This document shows positions 59,692-64,000 of a DNA stretch of 64,000 nt, piece by piece; the stretch's first letter is position 1, and every line of letters starts with the position of its first letter. Under the pieces are notes generated by a model, which was not told where the DNA came from, did not search any database, and saw only the letters and a program-made list of their open reading frames with translations. The DNA comes from an uncultured Enterobacteriaceae bacterium (GTDB lineage: Bacteria > Pseudomonadota > Gammaproteobacteria > Burkholderiales > SG8-39), in the NCBI GenBank assembly GCA_964617355.1, contig CAZTXP010000119.1, positions 2,186-66,185 of the forward strand. The letters run 5' to 3'. Made by a program: the position numbers and the translations under genes.

Positions 59692-60779
59692 GCGAGCTGG
59701 CCGTGTTTTCCCGGACCTACCCCGAGGCGCGCGCGAAGTTCGTGGACGCGGTGCGCGCCGCCGGCGGCACGGTGACGAGCTACCGCCACGACACGCAGAA
59801 GGGCCCCGCGGGAGAAGACCTGTACCTCGACGTCGGCGTGGTCGGCCCGAAGGACGCGTCGCGCCGGATGGTGGCCGCCTGCGGCACGCACGGCATCGAA
59901 GGCTTCTCCGGTTCGGCCGCGCAGGTGGCATGGCTCGCGGGAGGCGGCGCGAAGCGGCTGCCTGCCGATACGTCGGTGGTGTTCCTGCACGCGATGAATC
60001 CCTGGGGCTTTGCGCACCAGACGCGCTGCACCGAGGAAAACGTCGACCTCAATCGCAACTTCGTCGCCTTCGATGCGCCGCGGCCGGCGAACCCCGGCTA
60101 CCACGAGGTGCACCCGAACATCACGCCCGCCGACTGGGACGACGCCACCGTCGCCGGCATCTTCCGCTGGCTGGACGAGTTCCGCGCGCGCGTCGGCGAG
60201 CAGGCCTTCTCGGATGCGTACAACGGCGGCCAGTACTCGCACGCGGACGGCATCTTCTTCGGCGGCGAGCGCGTGCAGTGGGCGACGCGGACTTTCCTGC
60301 AGGCGGTGGATGCGCACCTCGCCGGCGCGAAGCAGCTGTCGTTCATCGACCTGCATACCGGCATCGGGCCGTACCTCGACCACATCTACATCTGTTTCCA
60401 CAAACCGGGTACCGCCGCATGGGAACGCGCGCGGCACTGGTGGGGCGAACGCGCGGTGAACCGGCAGGGCGTGACGCACAAGGCGCTCGCCGACTACAAG
60501 GGCATCCTGATCAACGCGCTGTCGGAGCGCCTGCCGTCGACCGACATCACCACCGTGGTGATCGAGTTCGGCACGCGCGAGCGCCGCGACATGCAGCGCG
60601 CGGGCATGGCGGGGCGTTGGCTGCACTTCGAGGGCCACAAGGATCCCGCGAAGGCGAAGCGCGTGAAGGCCGAGTACGTGGAGGCGTTCTACCCGTCGGC
60701 GCCCGAGTGGAAGAAGGCGGTCCTCGAGCAGTCGCGGGATTTCCTCGACCGGGCGCTGAAGGGCGTTTCGGGGGCCTGA
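59688..60779 (+). CDS. DUF2817 / M14-like (succinylglutamate desuccinylase-aspartoacylase superfamily) protein
   Basis: ATGA overlap with ubiX. CGTHGIEGFSGSA..FLHAMNPWGF..ENVDLNRNF..IDLHTG carries the zinc-carboxypeptidase-like H-x-x-E...H pattern. Confidence 0.75.
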   Translation: MSELAVFSRTYPEARAKFVDAVRAAGGTVTSYRHDTQKGPAGEDLYLDVGVVGPKDASRRMVAACGTHGIEGFSGSAAQVAWLAGGGAKRLPADTSVVFLHAMNPWGFAHQTRCTEENVDLNRNFVAFDAPRPANPGYHEVHPNITPADWDDATVAGIFRWLDEFRARVGEQAFSDAYNGGQYSHADGIFFGGERVQWATRTFLQAVDAHLAGAKQLSFIDLHTGIGPYLDHIYICFHKPGTAAWERARHWWGERAVNRQGVTHKALADYKGILINALSERLPSTDITTVVIEFGTRERRDMQRAGMAGRWLHFEGHKDPAKAKRVKAEYVEAFYPSAPEWKKAVLEQSRDFLDRALKGVSGA

Positions 60780-60866
60780 GCGGCCGGCAACGCGCCGTTT
60801 CTTGATCCCCGTCAGATTGGCGGGGCGCCAGCGGCGAATGATGGCGGGCAGAGGAGGGAGCCCCCC

Positions 60867-62516
60867 ATGGCCGTTCGCCGCACTTCATCCAAGGGCAAGC
60901 TTGCCCGCCAACCCCGCGGCGTCGCGCTGCTGCGCGACCCGCTCGCCAACAAAGGCACCGCGTTCACCGAGGCCGAGCGCGACGCGCTCGGCTTGCGCGG
61001 CCTGCTGCCGGGCCACCGCCACACGCAGGACGAGCAGGCGGCGCGGTTCCTGAAGCACCTGCGCGCGCTGCCGAGCGACCTCGAGAAGTACATCGACCTG
61101 AACGCGCTGCACGATCGCAACGAGCGCCTGTTCTTCCGCGTGGTCGGCGACCATCCGGACGAGATCATGCCGCTGATCTACACGCCGACGGTCGGCCTCG
61201 CGTGCCAGCGCTTCGGCCACATCTTCCAGCGGCCGCGCGGGCTGTTCATCACGGCGCGCGACCGGGGCCGCATCGCGAAGGTGCTGCGCAACTGGCCGCA
61301 CCGCGACGTCGGCATCATCGTGGTTACCGATGGAGAGCGCATCCTCGGCCTCGGCGACCTCGGCGCCAACGGCATGGGCATCCCGGTCGGCAAGCTGTCG
61401 CTCTACACCGGCTGCGCGGGCGTGCCGCCGGAGCGCTGCCTGCCCGTGATGCTCGACGCGGGCACCGACAACGAGGCGCTGAGGAACGACCCGTTCTACG
61501 TCGGCCTCGCGCGGCCGCGGCTGCGCGGCAAGGCCTACGACGCATTCGTCGACGAGTTCGTGCAGGCGGTGCAGGAGGTCTTCCCTCGCGCGCTGATCCA
61601 GTTCGAGGACTTCGCGAACGCCAACGCCTTCCGGCTGCTGGAGAAGTACCGCGAGCGCATCTGCACCTTCAACGACGACATCCAGGGCACCGCGGCGGTG
61701 GCGCTGGCGGGCTTCCTGTCGGCGTTGCGCATCACCGGCGGCAAGCTCGGGGAGCAGAAGATCCTGTGCCTCGGCGCGGGCGAGGCCGCGGCCGGCATCT
61801 GCGACCTCGTGGTCGCGGCGATGCGCGAGGAAGGCCTGCACGGCGCGGACGCGCGCCAGCGCTGCTGGCTGTTCGATTCGCAGGGCCTGGTCACCGCAGG
61901 ACGCGGCGGACTCGCGCACCACAAGCAGCCGTACGCGCACGAGCACCCGCAGGTGAAGACCTTCATCGAGGCGATCGAGGCGCTGCGGCCCACCGCCATC
62001 GTCGGCGTCGCGGCGGTTGGCGGGACGTTCACGCCGGAGGTCCTGGCGGCGATGGCGCGCATCAACGCGCGGCCGATCGTGTTCGCGCTGTCGAACCCGA
62101 CCTCGAAGGCGGAGTGCACGGCCGAAGAGGCCTACCGCGGCACGGCGGGTCGAGCGGTGTTCGCCTGCGGCAGCCCGTTCGATCCAGTGACGCTGGAGGG
62201 CCGCGTGTTCGTGCCGCGACAGGGCAACAATTCCTACATCTTCCCGGGCGTGGGGCTGGGCGCGATCGCCTGCGGCGCGACGCGCGTCACCGACGAGATG
62301 TTCCTCGCCGCGGCGCGGACGCTCGCCTCGCAAGTGACGGAAGCCGACCTCGCGCAGGGCAGCATCTACCCGGCGCTGTCGCGCATTCGCGAGGTGTCGG
62401 CGAAGATCGGCGCGGCGGTCGCGAAGGTGGCCTACGACCAGGGGCACGCGCGCGGCAAGCGCCCGCGCAACCTGCTCGCGCAGGTGCGCGCGACGATGTT
62501 CGATCCGCGCTATTAG
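60867..62516 (+). CDS. maeA: NAD-dependent malic enzyme
   Basis: LRDPLANKGTAFTEAER..IYTPTVG.AC..VTDGERILGLGDLGANGMGIPVGKL.LYT..FEDFAN.NAF..FNDDIQGTAAV is collinear with E. coli MaeA. Confidence 0.9.
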   Translation: MAVRRTSSKGKLARQPRGVALLRDPLANKGTAFTEAERDALGLRGLLPGHRHTQDEQAARFLKHLRALPSDLEKYIDLNALHDRNERLFFRVVGDHPDEIMPLIYTPTVGLACQRFGHIFQRPRGLFITARDRGRIAKVLRNWPHRDVGIIVVTDGERILGLGDLGANGMGIPVGKLSLYTGCAGVPPERCLPVMLDAGTDNEALRNDPFYVGLARPRLRGKAYDAFVDEFVQAVQEVFPRALIQFEDFANANAFRLLEKYRERICTFNDDIQGTAAVALAGFLSALRITGGKLGEQKILCLGAGEAAAGICDLVVAAMREEGLHGADARQRCWLFDSQGLVTAGRGGLAHHKQPYAHEHPQVKTFIEAIEALRPTAIVGVAAVGGTFTPEVLAAMARINARPIVFALSNPTSKAECTAEEAYRGTAGRAVFACGSPFDPVTLEGRVFVPRQGNNSYIFPGVGLGAIACGATRVTDEMFLAAARTLASQVTEADLAQGSIYPALSRIREVSAKIGAAVAKVAYDQGHARGKRPRNLLAQVRATMFDPRY

Positions 62517-62524
62517 GCCCGCTA

Positions 62525-63310
62525 CTAGGCCGAAAGGACCTTCTGCATCGCCGCGGTGAACGCCGCGGGCTGCTCCACGTTCGCGATGTGCGCCGCGTTC
62601 GGGATGACGACCAGCGTCGAGCCCGGCGCGTTGTCGTGGATCTCCTTCGCCATCGACGGCGGCGTGCCCATGTCCTGCTCGCCGACGATGACGAGGATCG
62701 GGCAGCGGATTTCCTTCAGGCGATCGGTGACGTTGATCTTCGGGATCGCCTGGCAGCAGCCGGCGTAGCCCGCGACCGGCGTGGTGCGGATGAGGTTGGC
62801 GATGTCGGCGAGGCGCTGCGGTTTTTTCTGCCGGTAGGGCTCGGTGAACCAGCGCTGCAGCGTCGGCTCGACGAGCGGCTCCATGCCCTTCTCCGCGGCG
62901 AGCTTGATGCGGTCGGCCCAGACGCCCGCGGCCTCGGCCGGGTAGCGGCTGGTGGTGTCGGCGAGGGTCAGCGTCTGCAGCACGCCCGGGTACTTGAGCG
63001 CGAAGACCTGCCCGATCATGCCGCCCATCGACAGGCCGGCCCAGTGGCAGCGGGTGATGCCTTCCTTGTCGAGCACGGCCTTGGCGTCGTCGGCCAGCAT
63101 TTCCAGCGTGTAGGCGCCGGCGGGTGCGTCGCTCGAGCCGTGGCCGCGCGTGTCGAAGGCGAGCACGCGGTGCGTGCCCTTGAAGGCCTCGATCTGCTCG
63201 TCCCACATGCGCACGCTGCAAGCGAGCGAATGGCTGAGGACGAGCCAGGGCGCGCCGGCCTTGCCGTGGATCTCGTAGTAGATGTTCGTGCCGTTGACGT
63301 CGAGCTTCAT
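62525..63310 (-). CDS. alpha/beta hydrolase (3-oxoadipate enol-lactonase-like)
   Basis: LVLSHSLACSVRMWDEQ..FDTRGHGSS..GLSMGGMIG (G-x-S-x-G)..GEQD..AAHIANVEQP. ATGA overlap with the upstream gene. Confidence 0.85.
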   Translation of the reverse strand: MKLDVNGTNIYYEIHGKAGAPWLVLSHSLACSVRMWDEQIEAFKGTHRVLAFDTRGHGSSDAPAGAYTLEMLADDAKAVLDKEGITRCHWAGLSMGGMIGQVFALKYPGVLQTLTLADTTSRYPAEAAGVWADRIKLAAEKGMEPLVEPTLQRWFTEPYRQKKPQRLADIANLIRTTPVAGYAGCCQAIPKINVTDRLKEIRCPILVIVGEQDMGTPPSMAKEIHDNAPGSTLVVIPNAAHIANVEQPAAFTAAMQKVLSA

Positions 63311-64000
63311 GCGGTGGCCACCAGTAGGGGAATGTTCATCTCGTCGGCGCTCGTGCCGCCGTGGTTGCCAATATGGAGGAAGCGCGGCTCGCCCGCAACC
63401 CAGTCCTTGATCGTGTTTCGACCGCGCATCACGAGCGCGACGTCGCCGACGCGCTCGGCGAGACGCGGGTGCGGATCGCCGGGGCCGAGCCAGCCGTCCT
63501 CGAGCATCGTGCGCGACGGCACGACGTCGGCGCGCTCGCCCAACCAGTCGCGCGCGCGGGCCGCGAACTCGTCCACGCGACCCGGCTGCACGTGGCACCA
63601 CGCGATGCGCCGTTCGCCGCAGAGCGGATAGGCGAGGAGCGGCGACAGCCCCGGCGCGTCCTCGATGGAGAGCCATTCATCGGGCGAACTGTCGAGGAAG
63701 CCGTGGTCGGCGCTGGCGACGATCACGGTGTCGGTGCCGGAGAGCCGCGCGCGCAGCTTCGCGAACGCGGCGTCGACGAGTTCGTACTGCACGCGCGCCT
63801 CGGTCGAGCCGACGCCATGGCGGTGCGAAAGGTAGTCGTATTGCCACCAGTAGGCGTAGACGAACTTGCGGCCGTCGCCGGACTTCACCACGCGCTCGAC
63901 GCCGTCGACGAGGCCGTCGAGGTTCGAGTACGCGAGGCGCTTCGCGCCGCCGCAGTGGTAGCGGTTGTAGTCGGATTCGAGGATCGCGTCCCACGACACC
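63307..64000 (-). CDS. alkaline-phosphatase superfamily protein (type I phosphodiesterase/nucleotide pyrophosphatase-like), C-terminal part; 5' end beyond the window
   Basis: YAYWWQYDYLSHRHG..VIVASADHGF..LHIGNHGGTSADEMNIPL. The ORF is open to the window edge. Confidence 0.75.
   Translation of the reverse strand, partial: VSWDAILESDYNRYHCGGAKRLAYSNLDGLVDGVERVVKSGDGRKFVYAYWWQYDYLSHRHGVGSTEARVQYELVDAAFAKLRARLSGTDTVIVASADHGFLDSSPDEWLSIEDAPGLSPLLAYPLCGERRIAWCHVQPGRVDEFAARARDWLGERADVVPSRTMLEDGWLGPGDPHPRLAERVGDVALVMRGRNTIKDWVAGEPRFLHIGNHGGTSADEMNIPLLVATA

Noticed and set aside
57387-60779. 1130-aa plus-strand ORF
   Set aside because: Only the last 363 codons (DUF2817-like, 59688-60779) are coding. 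Upstream it is antisense to the acyl-CoA ligase gene and out of frame with ubiX.
1-64000. CRISPR arrays, rRNA, tRNA, IS elements, prophage genes
   Set aside because: I found no regularly spaced short repeats, no rRNA-like or cloverleaf-capable segments in the few non-coding gaps (all under 240 bp), and no transposase, integrase or phage structural motifs in any frame.

Overview
64-kb, very GC-rich chromosomal segment. Hand counts give 48/60 G+C at 30001-30060. The gene content looks like a Burkholderiales-type betaproteobacterium (inference only): seven Bug/TctC-type binding-protein paralogs, LIV-type and NitT/TauT-type ABC systems, hydantoinase A/B and acyl-CoA enzymes. I call about 68 protein-coding genes. 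They are tightly packed and often translationally coupled through ATGA/GTGA/TGATG overlaps. I saw no rRNA, tRNA, CRISPR array, transposase, integrase or classical stand-alone transcription factor. Many long Arg/Ala/Gly/Pro-rich ORFs in the track are antisense or off-frame shadows of real genes. Main points of interest: (1) A divergent cluster at 37248-45034 is centred on a Pho-box-like site. It joins a phosphonate-type ABC importer (phnCDEE) to a Rossmann methyltransferase-like protein, an MTHFR-like protein, a LicC/PntC-like nucleotidyltransferase and a half-size MetE-like Zn methyltransferase, with no C-P cleavage genes in the window; this is my best candidate for an undescribed pathway. (2) A 100-nt structured intercistronic leader inside that operon. 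(3) A second half-size MetE-like gene co-transcribed with a Hanks kinase fused to a cNMP-binding domain. (4) A 2.7-kb low-GC islet (26979-29705) carrying a C5 DNA methyltransferase, a PD-(D/E)xK nuclease and Vsr, with no mobility gene. (5) Near-identical 47-49-bp inverted repeats bracketing a two-gene DUF1992/GGT module. (6) A 12-gene minus-strand operon (47762-59018) mixing three uptake systems with CoA-dependent, VOC and aldolase enzymes. (7) A frameshifted Bug gene, two probable leaderless transcripts, an SCO1 gene with no canonical start codon before its signal anchor, and a PilZ protein with an unassigned C-terminal domain near a 5xPAS-GGDEF-EAL protein. All family assignments come from reading motifs in the translations. 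No database search was run.
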